Positions 12,501 to 23,924 of a DNA stretch of 64,000 nucleotides are shown here, one piece after another. The stretch lies in the NCBI GenBank assembly GCA_004022145.1, contig RCNU01000002.1. One strand, given 5' to 3'. The notes below the pieces were generated by a model. It was given only the letters and a program-made list of their open reading frames with translations. It was not told the DNA's origin and ran no database searches. Source of the DNA: Paecilomyces variotii (lineage: Eukaryota). The stretch's first letter is position 1. Each line of letters starts with the position of its first letter. The translations under genes and the position numbers were made by a program.

Positions 12501-13323
12501 AGTAGACGTCCAGAGCCTTGGGCACGGCATGATGCGTATCCGCGTGCAGTTCAATGGCTGCACGAAGCAAGGCGTTATACGCGGCCACGGTGGGCGTGAG
12601 ACCGTCCCGGAGCAAGTTCTCAAAGGCAATAGGGATCTCTGCATACTGCTGTCTCGCAGCGAGCTCCACGATCTGAGCAGAAGATTCCCGGGATTTCTCA
12701 ATCGACGCAGTTTCCACTGCGTCGACATCATGCGTAGACGACTCCTTCGTAGACTCTACCGTAGAAACCGCCTCTTGGGACTCTGCTGTCTCTTCCGCGT
12801 TTGCATTCTCTTCTTGAATCTGGATCTCCCGGGCTACCGCCTCTTCAACCTTGGCACTGACATCGTCATTCAAGGCGGCCTTGTTGACCCGCTGAGAATC
12901 GTGGAGGTCGTGGTGCGAAGATTCCGCAGTCTCCGTGGCCCCGTTGCTTTCTCCCGCCGCATCTTTCGAGGACGGCTTCCAGCCAATGCGTCGGTTGAAC
13001 TGGAACTGTCGCCAGTCGCTGTCATCGCCGGTCTGCTGGGCATGCTGCCATGCTGCGTAGTAGGCCGCTAGCCCCGAGTCTCCCGACCCGGAGCCAGCCT
13101 GGCTGGCCTTTCCGCCCGCACCTGAGCTCGAAGGGTTCGTGAAAGCATTCTGAAGCTGGGTTGTTCTCGTGTACTTGCCGGGATGACTGGCGATCTGGTT
13201 GAGGGAGGTTGCTGACGACGCGTAGGACGACTGCGACGCCGCAACTACCGACTGAGCATAGCCATGGGTAAAAGCTTTTGTGAAACTTTGGCGCGCGAGG
13301 TGAGTAAACGGCTTGAACACCAT
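9505..13323 (-). CDS. Large pentatricopeptide-repeat (PPR) protein, probably mitochondrial RNA maturation/translation factor
   Basis: Intronless 1272-aa ORF with repeated PPR units (PTVAAYNALL, PTSFLYNALIGKLGKARRIDDC, PTSVTYGTIVNALCR, PTMHTYKLLIDAYA, EPSTYEAMTRAF) and a basic, acid-free N-terminus resembling a mitochondrial presequence. Confidence 0.9.
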   Translation of the reverse strand: MVFKPFTHLARQSFTKAFTHGYAQSVVAASQSSYASSATSLNQIASHPGKYTRTTQLQNAFTNPSSSGAGGKASQAGSGSGDSGLAAYYAAWQHAQQTGDDSDWRQFQFNRRIGWKPSSKDAAGESNGATETAESSHHDLHDSQRVNKAALNDDVSAKVEEAVAREIQIQEENANAEETAESQEAVSTVESTKESSTHDVDAVETASIEKSRESSAQIVELAARQQYAEIPIAFENLLRDGLTPTVAAYNALLRAAIELHADTHHAVPKALDVYSDMLRRRVIPSEETYKTLVQLLVTRAMDTIRAKEVLEQQRTRFGGMEEPGKFMFQSSEVERELLAEDHSLAIAMKLFTTATTRHPELVFPLPVYRSLITACAEDGQVEDMIRIYAHMETHKVIPHAAIFPPMIDAFAAMGDLKSAVECYNEYRTLAIADDKGIFGIVERRDGEVYAALIRAYFSCGKKESGLRFLERIRSSFDSVQEDREQRQQAVEEVIVQDALVQDALDGGRFGEAVEQAKSRLQGASLQAALSKICMAAADAGDAGVACTVYDGLTSESPEAAVSMLALHVRSGNVAAARPFWSVLARSQATPDWIQPTAMYAVALLKSGQVDEGLAEARRMLARIRSHNHHHHRQLPVREEIDEALELLGRVLMQTAAVLSPQAAITLLWAMVENGGLVSPVAEHAIASLGPMGISQLSAPDLTLALQVQAGMLLNNSAIFDIAHPVRFAHMVDIALSTGLPMDAFTTRLVDQAMAKLADSRPDIAQRWQDHLAPMVKQPYTPSRYTPVSESSPVSSAPSTEDTFDPYAYTTDYRGSAIIADELESTSGRPDSHLNEALQKFKNMRRVGRHPRYITYAKLITAAAKCGRMNLVHDILGMARHDVPLIPQYSVVKYGWVSILDAMVAACLSLGDRNLAAKYHQELLNMGAAPSANTFGLYITTLKESTKTFDEATEAVKIFHRATAEGVEPTSFLYNALIGKLGKARRIDDCLLYFAEMRATGVRPTSVTYGTIVNALCRVSDERFAEEMFDEMESMPNYKARPAPYNSMIQYFLNTKRDRSKVLAYYERMQSKNIQPTMHTYKLLIDAYASLEPLDMAAAEKVLESIKAAGQHPEAVHYASLIHAKGCVMHDMEGARKVFDSVVSNGRIRLQPCLYQALFEAMVANHQVSATADLLKDMANRNVEMTAYIANTLIHGWAAEGNIENAKSIYDGIGIQKREPSTYEAMTRAFLASEDHQGASGVVQEMLSRGYPAAVASKIVELVGGGVPILPTA

Positions 13324-13480
13324 TTATTTGACCGGAGACCCCTTCACGGAGAAGAGGATATACTGTTATTAATAATGTCAGCCTCCGCGTTGTTGTTTTC
13401 CATTGGTTTCAAGAGTCGAATCAACAACGAGTGTGGATACGTACCTCTAAACCACTGTAATGTTGAAAATGCAGGTTCAT
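13324..13480 (-). promoter_or_regulatory. Spliced upstream ORF (24 aa) in the PPR gene leader; intron 13444-13363
   Basis: ATG at 13480 gives MNLHFQHYSGLE, donor GAG|GTACGT, branch GCTGAC, acceptor AACAG, then YILFSVKGSPVK-TAA directly followed by the PPR ATG at 13323. Confidence 0.55.
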
Positions 13481-16084
13481 TTGACGACTGTGAGCCGTCA
13501 AAAGAACGCGCCGGCTGAAGCGGACGAAGCGAGTATTTAGTATCGAATCAACTTGGTCGTCTGGATTCCTCGAGGTAGCTGAGTTGCAGTCCCCGATTTG
13601 CTGACAAGACAGGAAATCCGATTGCCTGACCAAGAGAGGAGATTGTCCCGACCAACCCAGAGAATGACTCTATTGCAGTCTCTTCGGGTCTTCTACGGTC
13701 TTAGGGAGTCCTTCCAGAGCAGGGAGCGGAAGGAGAATGGGAGGTCGAATAATCATAAAATAATGAATTCAGAAAAAAAAAGAGTGGCCTTGGGGAGAGA
13801 AGAGTCGACAAGCTGGCGTTCCGAGGAGGATTTATTCGCACACGAGCAGGATGCCGGCCAGACGAATCACAGGCGCCGTCCGGTCTTTCGGGGAAGGACA
13901 CCAAACTCCGGCGCCCGCAGCAGAGCAAACCAGACAAACACGGTGATGGCCTCGGCCCAGAACAGCAGGCGGTCAGCCCACAGACGCCGTCGTCAGGTGA
14001 AAAAAAGCGCTGGTCAGATGTTCGCCCGGTGGGGAGACGCGCTGAGCGCCAATCAGCGTGGCGCCAATTGCGGGAAGAACAGGAGATCCCCCGGCAGAAG
14101 ACCCGTGACTTGGTGACTAACCAGCCCAACACCCGCCGTGACTCAAGCGCCTTCCCGGTTCTTTTTCTCGGGCGGCGGGAAGTTCTTGGGTGCCGTCTGT
14201 CCCGGGCACGTGTCAGGGCGGATCTCCGGCCTCTCAGTCGTGCCGATCGAACGGCTTGTTCTCGGCCTGCGGATGATGCATGACAATCGAATGATAAGAC
14301 TTTAATAGATTATTATTATTTTTATATTATGATACTCATTATGATCATTCGAACTCTAGTAGATACCCAGGATGCTTGCGCCAAGGAAGAATATAGACGA
14401 TAGATCAAGAGAAAACTCTAGAATTATGCAAATATTACCCTTCTATACGGGTCCTTCTGCTAGGCTGCCACAATAATGATGTGGCTTCGTCCGCCCGTTT
14501 TCCTCCGCTCGGCCTATTACTTACTTATTATATCCATCCCGAGGAAGTTTCCGTCCGACTACTCCGTACCGCACACTCCATTGGCAAGTAAGAATTAATA
14601 ATAATCGCACTCACTGTCGAACAAGCGATTGCAAAAAAGGAGTACCATAATACTGTACGTGGGGACGCAGCTGGACCCAATTATTCACTATGCAATAATG
14701 GATAGATCATAACCACACTGCAGGGCTTGCATGGTTACTCGACTTCGGCCACCTCCGCTATCCTTGTCCTACAGCTACTATAATTAATTCACGGCTCGAC
14801 TTGCCGCTCTTTTCATATGACAGTGCTCAACAATCACTGTAATCGTCCTTCTTTTCCGGGTGACGTGCATCTCCAAGCGTTATGGTTATGGTATATGCTG
14901 CGAACCATGTGTATGAGAGTCATGACCCCACATACACGAGACGCATGTCGAACGTGCTTTGGCCTGGTCCATCTTCCCCGCATTATTCCCTCGTCAGCTA
15001 ACAATTAATGGCCCAAGGTGCGTTTGTGACGGCTGTCGTTCCACGATATGTATAAACTTTCTGCTTTTCTGCATAGGCTTGCTTGATAGCAAAATGGCTC
15101 TGTGGGACAAGTATGAACCGGAACGGATCATTATGATCAGACTCACTCCATGGTACGCACGGAGACGGTCTCGACAACATAGAATCCAGGCCACCATGTC
15201 TACCTTCTTGATGGATTTCAACTAGAACTGAGGTCCAATCCAGCCCATCTGAAGCAAATCTTATCCCGCGGTCCCCGATCCTGTCAAATAACGAACTCCA
15301 AAAAAGGTTAGTGCATTACATTGCCATAATTCTATCCTCCTTCTCGTTTCCATGTATCACAATATGCGGAAGTCTATGTTGTCCCAAGGCTCTGTATAAT
15401 ACATATTGTATATACAATGATGAAAGATCTGCGGTACCAGTAGTGGACTGTACCAACTTTACACTGGCTCCTCAGCCACAAATCGTCAGGGGAGGGGACC
15501 ATACAAAACGAGCAAACATGAACATCAGCCACTCCTGAATCCACCCCCGATGATCTTCACGACGTTTATCAGTGCATATTGTTATGCTTCACGTCAGTTG
15601 ATTTTGCAATATCAGTGCTCCACTGAGCAATCATAGTTGACTACTACCTTCTCAGAATGTATAGCATTGTTTGTGAGTGCCTCGCAAGTGTATTGAACCA
15701 TAGCGACTTTCTTTGTTTTTTGAAACTCTCTTTCCAACCACATAATCCAAACCCCTCGCCGCAAAGCTATCAATCTGCATTGCTCTTCTAGACATCCATG
15801 CAGCGACCGCTCTTTGTCTGACGATATGTTTTAAAAGAAACAGAAAGCGGCAATTTATGACTGACTGACTTCTCCTTAGAAAAACTGATATTGGATTGAA
15901 CCCTCAACCTCGTTCCTTCCGTTTCGGCCCCACGAGCACGGATCCCCAATCATTGCCAGAACTTCTGACCTTTCCGCTCTTGAGCAACTCTACTGCTTTG
16001 TAGCAAGCAGATAAAGTGTCAGGATTGAGTGTGCAGTGGTGAGAGAAAAGCGACAACCAGATTACCCTCGATCAGCTCGCCGCA

Positions 16085-17658
16085 ATGTCTCCTTTAGCCT
16101 CTGCAACGACCGCTCTCTCGGCCCCCGGTAAGGTGTTGCTTAGCGGTGGCTACCTCGTCCTTGACCGCGACTACACCGGCACTGTTTTTGCACTCGACGC
16201 CAGAATACATGTCATTGTCCAACAGCTGAGGAAGCAGCCGAAGAAGGACCCGTCTGGAACGGAGTCAGTTCCAGCTGCCAGCGCGCAATCGGCGGCCAAA
16301 GGCGATGCAGCGGAAGGAGACAAGAACGATGAGGAAGAGGTTATCTTTGTCAGATCGCCTCAATTCCTGGACGCGGTCTGGGAGTATTCTCTGGAGAGGT
16401 ACGACAATGGCGGGGGTGTAAAGGCTGTACAGAAGGGTGAGGGGTGAGTACATTTGTCGAACTAAGGTCGTCCGGACGTCCGTTGGCCGCGGACTGTCCC
16501 GGCGGATCTTTTGCTTGAATATTTATTGAGTAGCACATGCTGATCTTCGCTAGACGTCGGAATCCATTTGTCGAGACTTCCCTGAATTACGCTTTGACTT
16601 ACATCAGCTACGTCGCCGACTCTAAGGATTTTGGGTCTCTTTCCATCACCATCCTGGCAGATAATGACTACTATTCAGAGACCGCCTCGTCCAGAGGCCC
16701 AGCTGCGTTCTCCCGTAGTCGTTTTGCCAACTTTGGGGTCCCTCTGCACGAAGCGCACAAGACGGGGCTGGGATCTTCTGCAGCTCTGGTCACAGCTCTG
16801 GTTTCCGCCCTGGTAATCCATCGTACCATGCAGCCTGACGATCTAGGTGCTGCGAGAGATAAGCTACATAACCTTGCCCAGGCGGCCCATTGTGCGGCCC
16901 AGGGGAAAGTGGGTTCTGGCTTCGACGTAGGAGCCGCGGTGTACGGGTCCTGTCTTTACCGACGCTTCACGCCGATCATCTTGGAGAAGGTCGGCGACGT
17001 AGGCAGTCCAGGATTTGAGGAGAGGCTCTTCTCTACCGTCGAGGATCTCGATCAGGAGCATCCATGGGATACAGAGTGCGTTGACTTTGGCATGAGGCTC
17101 CCTCGAGGCATGCAGATGGTCCTCTGCGACGTGGACTGCGGATCGCAGACGCCTTCGATGGTCAAGAAGGTCCTCGCCTGGCGCCAGGAAAACAAGGACG
17201 AAGCAGACCTTCTCTGGACCGCTCTGCAATCCAACAATGACCAGCTCCGAGAAGAGCTGAAGCGGCTCGCAGAGAATCCGGGATTTCCCAGTGCTGATGG
17301 CTTCCAACGAGTCCGTACGTACCTACAGCGCTCTCGAGAGTATATCCGCACCATGACGCGCAAGTCGGGCGTTCCTATCGAACCCAAGGTACAGACGGAG
17401 CTTCTCGATGCGGCATCAAGCCTCGACGGTGTCATCGGAGGCGTTGTCCCTGGTGCAGGCGGATACGATGCCATTGTGCTCCTGATCCGAGACGACCCGG
17501 AAGTGATCAGCCGCCTGAAGTCGTTGTTCGCGACCTGGCAGAGCAAAGTCGAAGATGACTTTGGCGGAAAGATTGGGACCGCTCGGTTGCTGGGAGTCAG
17601 ACATGGGTCCGAAGGAGCACGCAACGAGATCCTGGAGCAGTATGCAGGATGGATTTGA
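16085..17658 (+). CDS. ERG8: Phosphomevalonate kinase; intron 16444-16553
   Basis: SAPGKVLLSGGYLVLD, NPFVETSL, GHMP motif KTGLGSSAALVT, HNLAQAAHCAAQGKVGSGFDV, VPGAGGYDAI. Confidence 0.96.
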
Positions 17659-17929
17659 GCTTCTGCGAATCATCCTTCGCCACTAGCCGGAGGATATCCG
17701 TTACACGATACGACGCTACGATTGCATTCAATACCCGACTACTTCATGAGACTATTCAGCGTATAGCATCAGTACCATACACACGGAGTCTTGAGCAATT
17801 GTCCGTTTGCTGAAATGAAGCTATTTCTTAGATGCAAACTCTAATGTATATTCTCGTAGCCCTTCTGGAAGATCTCTTATCGAGTCGTAATTCCCATGTT
17901 CTGCAGTAGGAGATATCGACCATTACTAT

Positions 17930-18950
17930 GATTAATGCAACTTTTTGAACCCTTGGACTAAAATGTTTCCACCTTGGGGATTCCAGCAATTTTAGCGTTC
18001 TAAGAGTTTTCGTCCTCGTTTAGATAATTTGTTGTGGAATAGAATCGTGAGACTCAGCGTAGAGTCTTTGAGCATGAGGTTATTGAAGAGTAAGATAGCG
18101 TTTATTCGGAGCTCAAGGTAAAACTCGAGGGGAGGCTTTGCCTACGGTAAGACATAGTGGGCATATACTGAATAATAACTGAGCGGCATAAACTGATTAT
18201 CCATATCGAACTGAACTAAATTGAGCTGCCTGAGTAGAAGCTTGTCTTGTTCCTCTATTTAGCTTAAAGGCCCTTTTAAAGTCTTGAAGCTAAACACATG
18301 TAATCTTTAGATATATATTTCCTCCCTTTAGTACGATCTCCCCAGTATATAGCCTCCCCTCTTTTGTGACAGACGCCCTCGTCTGTCCTTGCGGCTATTC
18401 TCAGCTTTTTCTATACTAAGAGTACTTCTTCCTGTAGCAAAACCGCTCCAAACATTCTTGAGTATTATACCGCAATTTTCCCGTTTCGCAGAGTTATTGC
18501 CCTTTCTCTCAAAAATAATCTCATACCAATTCCATATCTTGCTTTATAACAAAAAAAAAAAACAATTCAGCTATAACTCCCACTGAGTCCCATTCTGCTT
18601 GTCCTAGTATCGCCTTCCCAATCGCGGTAACTCCACTGACTAAAATATCAAAGGGTCCGGAGCCACCTTGATCCTCCCTTATCTGGTTCCTTTCCTGATA
18701 AAAGGTCCCTGCAACCTAGAGCTGTGTTAATAGCTTTGCGCACTTTCTATGTCAATGAAACTTGCCTTTGTTGAGGCCTCGAAAAGAGAAATCACTGTCC
18801 CAACTGTAGCACAATGCATCGAGTTGGATTGGAATCTGGACCAACCCCTAGATCTTAGTAGCTTAGAGGTCCTGAAAATAGGGACTGATTTATTAATGAA
18901 GATGACGTGCCCAAATTGGGTTGGGGAAAAAAAGGGCCCAGAAGAGAATT
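17930..18950 (-). pseudogene. Degraded NACHT/NLR-like gene remnant with RIP-like mutations (boundaries approximate)
   Basis: The minus strand at ~18852-18797 reads I*GLVQIPIQLDALCYSWD, resembling the post-NACHT helical motif IQGLVRIPIQLDALC of fungal NACHT proteins. Further protein-like stretches towards 17930 are broken by TAA/TAG stops. The region is TpA-rich. Confidence 0.5.
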
Positions 18951-19292
18951 ATATAAAATATTGTAGAGGGGAGTCTTCAGGATCTCGCTGGCTTGCAAAG
19001 TCTGAGTATAGTGTCAGAAGTAGGATATATAACTAAGTAAAAGGAAGGTTAATAATGATAGAATGATCACTCAAGATAATTATAACCTAGATTACTACCT
19101 GTATAATAGCGGTAGATAACCCATCGCGCCTATCCCGAAGACTGGAAGAGGAAAATTTGCGTGGACAAATCATCTGCTTCGTTTAGGTTATGACTGTGAC
19201 TGGAAGGACCAAAGCAAATGGGTAGGAAGATTAGATGGTTCAGACACACAGACAATGGTTCTCGTCCTGGCTTTGTGCCGAGACAGAGCTAC

Positions 19293-19665
19293 TTACCCCT
19301 CAGCTGCCAGTAAATGCGGTGCAGGTGAATGACCAGTGACCTCATTCTCGTATTCCTGGACGAGCTCCTTCGCATCTCCGAGGTCGTTAATGTCGTACCA
19401 TGCATCGTATCGCGGCCCCCAGCCCTTCCAACGGACCAGATAATTCGTAACGACACGACGACGGCGGCGCCGTGTGCGTTTGTCGATGAGGTTCTCGATC
19501 TCATAGTGTTCTGTCCCATCTGCTTCGGTATGGACTGGCGGCATAGGTTGTGGTCTCCGGTCAAAGGGGTCGTTCCCTGGTGGCGCCGGTTCTAGATGTG
19601 CAACTGAGAACACGTTGTGGACTCTCCAATGCGGCGGCAGTTCTAGTTTATACGCCAGAGCAGTA
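19293..19665 (-). mobile_element. Ty3/gypsy (chromovirus) LTR-retrotransposon fragment: integrase C-terminal GPY/F-type region plus chromodomain
   Basis: ORF 19293-19706 contains LAYKLELPPHWRVHNVFSVAHLEP and the chromodomain EHYEIENLIDKR...YLVRWKGWGPRYDAWYDINDLGDAKELVQEY. I recognised no RT, RNase H or integrase core. Confidence 0.88.
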
Positions 19666-21685
19666 CGGAAGTGGCTCGAATATATCCCCAAATGTGTCTT
19701 GTGCATAGATCTTGACCACCTCCACCTTTTCCGTGAATCGCTGTATCCCAGGTACAGCCTCTTGAGTCACTATTAGATGAATGGTGAAGCTGACAAAGGT
19801 GAAATCCTGGATCTATCTAACCTTGAAGAGGCTGCGATACTTCTTCGTCTCAAAGATGTCACTTCATGTTATTCTGTCTGCGATGAAATCTTAAAAAGTA
19901 TTAGAGCCTTATGAAATGCTGGATACAACTGGAACAATGAACAGTTCTGCAGATTGCGAGCAGAGTTGGTCATGATACCTGCATTGGTTCAGGAACGGCG
20001 TAATGCGAACGTCCCTTTGCGGTGATCCACCAGAGGCGCTTCCAAGAAAAAAATATCCTGTCTCTATGACACCGATGAGACATGATACTGGCGCTGAGGC
20101 CCCTCGACAAGATCTCAAAATGATTCACGTATATGATTTGCGAGCTGAGATCAATCACCCAGTCTGATCTCTATATTCACTGGTCGCGCTAACTGACTGA
20201 TGCGACGCTATACTTTCGAGCTTTTGACCTCAGACGGTACGCTGCACTCTAGCAAAACTTATGATATTGCGGATGAGAAGCGTCTTGAAATCGTGTCCAA
20301 TTTCATAGTTCATCGAGTGGAAACTGCAATCAATTTGTCTCCAGCAAACACATCAGTCAAATGACCTTGCACTATGTCCAACCCTCCGATAGGTAGGTAG
20401 CTCATGGCTCTATGGTTTCCAAACAAGTTGGATATTAACTCTCATTTAGATTATTATTATGATACCGAAGCCTTACATCGATGTCGACATCTAGACGTTA
20501 GTCTCACGCTTCTCCACGAACATGGTCTCGCCCGCAATCCTACTCTTGAGCAATCTCGGATTCTTTAAAGAGCGTTGCCTCCTTACTGTGGCATCTGGAG
20601 CGAAGCTCGCTGAGCTTAGATTCTCTAGCAACTAACTCAGCCTAAAGGTATTTATCTCTTTGGGCGAAGCTAGAAAGGCGCGGGAGGAGCCCGACAGGAG
20701 GAAGGCCTGCTTGTAGGTATGCTCCAACATGGCATAGGGTGGTTGGTCCTTTTTTGAGACTCGAACTTTTCCAGCTACCTTCCAAGCCTTGGCCAATATC
20801 AGTTGCCGGGCTTGCTCTCTTTATGACAACATATATGTTCAAGATTCATTGGAAATTGGGGCATCACTAGCTTTGCACAGATAGATATTTTCAGATTGGT
20901 TCAGTAGATTCACGCACACTTTGCTACTAATGAAGAGCTATATATCTATCTTTACTCATACAGAACATCTTTGATCAGATGTATAAGTTATCGACTGTAC
21001 CCAGGTAGTACAAATATAGAAGGAACTAACCAATCAGAACGTGTCTCAGGTGAGTAGCGTAAAAGGAAACGTTCTACCAGTAAATTGATCCAAATTTATC
21101 GCCTCGCTAGCGCTCATCGATTATTGAGTCGCAGTGGGGAATGTGGCTGAAGACGCGAAAGCCACTTGACTGCTCTGGAGCATTTTATTATTACTATTGC
21201 GTTCTGCGTTTGCGCGGCCTGCGGGAGCAACGACCGCCCTTTGTCAGGATCCTGGGTTAACTTAACCATCTATCGGACAACCAACTTCTTCTCTTCGGCC
21301 AGCTGGCAGTTTATTCCCTCCTGCTCCCATACGCAGTATCACGGCCAATGCCGCTGTTGGTCGGTTTCTGATTGATCCTTGCAGGCGATCCCTAATCGTG
21401 TCCGTGTCTCCCTAAGATCTTGAAGGGGCGACACTAACAGGCGGCGTCAGATCGGAGCATAAAACCCGCGCCCCAGTTGACACATTCCACCAGTCCTCCT
21501 TGTGTCGATGGTGTCTGCTTTTTCTCTTCTGTCGCTCGTTTTCTGGACGTGATTCATCTTCTCTTTCTCACAACGTTCGTTCCCGAACTCTCCTTCTCGT
21601 GGTTCGCCTCCGCAAGCCACGACGTCCCAAGGGCCAAGTGGCCGCCCGGGAGCTATCCGCCACATCGACAGACGACGCAGCAAAG

Positions 21686-23080
21686 ATGACGGCTGGGTCG
21701 GGGAGATATGTTCGATACCTCCTTTTTGCAGTCTTCGTAAGTGCCCGGAGTACACTCGATTGATACCGGTGGTGATGATCGGAATCGGATCGGATTGAGC
21801 GTCAACGGATTTAACTAACCTTGCTCTTGCGACGCGCAGGGACTGGCAGTTTTGTTCTTTATTTCCAAATCTTCGATACCCCTTCCCGACACGGCGGGTC
21901 TCGTTAACTTGAAACCTTCTAAAGAGGAGTCGAAGGCACCGGATACTCAGCCACCATCTGAAGGAGGACAGGCAGAGGGAGCCCATCCGGCCGACGAGCG
22001 TGTAAATGCTACGTTTGTGACATTGGCCAGGAACTCGGATGTGTGGGAGATTGCGAAGTCGATTCGACAGGTCGAGGATCGCTTCAACCGCAACTACCAC
22101 TACGATTGGGTCTTCCTGAATGACAAACCCTTCGACGACACTTTCAAGAAGACTACAACCGCACTGGTGTCCGGCAAGACTCATTATGGTCTTATTCCCA
22201 AGAACCACTGGTCCTACCCGGACTGGATTGACCAGGACAAGGCCAAGAAGGTTCGAGAGGACATGGGCCAGCGCAAGATCATCTACGGTGACTCGGTCAG
22301 CTACAGGCACATGTGCCGCTACGAGTCTGGCTTCTTTTTCCGCCACCCATTGATGGAGCAGTTTGACTACTACTGGCGCGTGGAGCCCAGCATTGACCTG
22401 TACTGTGACATCAGCTTCGACCCCTTCAAGTTCATGAGGGACAACAAGAAGAAGTACAGCTTCGTGCTGAGTCTGTACGAGTATTACGAGACCATCCCTA
22501 CGCTGTGGGACAGCGTCAAGAAGTTCATGAAGGAGCACCCGGAGCATATCGCAGAGGACAACTCCCTCGGCTTCCTCAGTGATGACGGTGGCAAGACTTA
22601 TAACAAGTGCCACTTCGTATGTCCCTCTTTCGCATCCTATGAGTAGTCTGACTTGCTAACGTCTTCCCAGTGGTCAAACTTTGAGATCGGCGATTTGAAC
22701 TGGCTGCGTTCTGACGCTTACCTCGAGTACTTCGATTCCTTGGATCACGATGGCGGTTTCTTCTACGAGCGTTGGGGTGACGCTCCCGTTCACTCGATTG
22801 CTGCCGCTCTTATGCTGAAGAGAGACGAAATTCACTTCTTCAACGAGATTGGCTACTATCACGTCCCGTTCACCCACTGTCCCACAGGAGAACAGACTCG
22901 ACTGGACCTGAAGTGCCACTGCAATCCCAGTGACAACTTCGATTGGAAGGGATACTCCTGTAAGTCTCGTTGCCGTCTTGTTATGTCTTGTTCCCGGACT
23001 AACCTTCCCTAGGCACGGCTCGATTCTTCGAGATGAATAACATGGAGAAGCCGGCTGGCTATGAGGATGAACAAGACTGA
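21686..23080 (+). CDS. KRE2: Alpha-1,2-mannosyltransferase, GT15 (KRE2/MNT1 family); 4 exons
   Basis: Type II membrane anchor ([20 protein letters not shown]), [71 protein letters not shown]. Stop at 23078-23080. Confidence 0.93.
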
Positions 23081-23924
23081 CTAACCGTATTACTGGTAGT
23101 CTGCGGGGTTCTGGTTGCCATACTATCTCTTGGAGTAGCGACGCGGAAGTTTAAAAGGGGCCGTAGGGCTCGTATAACTGTTGTTTCACCGCACGGTATC
23201 TTCAAGGAAGGTTAAATACTTTCAAGGTATATGGCGTCTGCGGAGATAAGCGGCCATCTATTCCCCAGTGTGATGAAGTGTAACAGTTCATTGCATGGCG
23301 GTGGTAGCTCATCTCTACCTTTACGAACCTTGCTCTACTTCTTTTTGCTTCGGAGTATCGGTTCGGCATTATGTACATATATAAGGGCTTCGGTTTATCA
23401 CATTTGCTAATTGACCAGTCCGAATTCAGGGACTCTGGGTGGAAACAGAAAATGAAGAGGGTTTGAAGTTTCGCATCAGTAACTGGACGCACAATCACTG
23501 GAATAGTCTCTAATAGGACAATTTGTGAATGCGTTTCTTTTCCCATTTGTTTGATGTCGGACTATTGGACAAGAATGGACTTTAGTTACATGACATTAGA
23601 GTTGCTTCGTGCGAAGAACTTAGTATGTATCAGCTGATCTGTTATCGGATAATAATATCTGTCCCTCTGGAGCGGAGCGGGTCACATGGTCGGATCCTTC
23701 TCTTAGAGGATAGAGGTAGTGATCCTCTTTTTCGTCACTGGTTTTGTTTTCTCCCATGGTAACAAAAGAGTTTTCTTGTGCATAACGCAAGGTGATAAGG
23801 TAGTAGAATTGTCGTACAAAACCCATCATATCGAAATAGATATAGTACAATTCAGACAGTGTCGTCCGAGAAATTAATCATTCCAGCGCCACGGTAGTAT
23901 TTAATTCGATTTTGAAACAGCCAT

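Noticed and set aside
9619..13071. Numerous plus-strand and alternate-frame ORFs (up to 273 aa)
   Set aside because: They overlap the GC-rich PPR CDS, where stop-codon scarcity explains them.
13598..14283. GC-rich ORFs upstream of the PPR gene
   Set aside because: Low-complexity Arg/Ser-rich translations in a promoter/leader region, with no domain signal.
14817..15538. Cluster of short ORFs including a CVCDGC motif
   Set aside because: No coherent exon chain or family motif could be built.
21447..22613. 388-aa minus-strand ORF
   Set aside because: Antisense shadow of the codon-biased GT15 mannosyltransferase, with no recognisable motifs.
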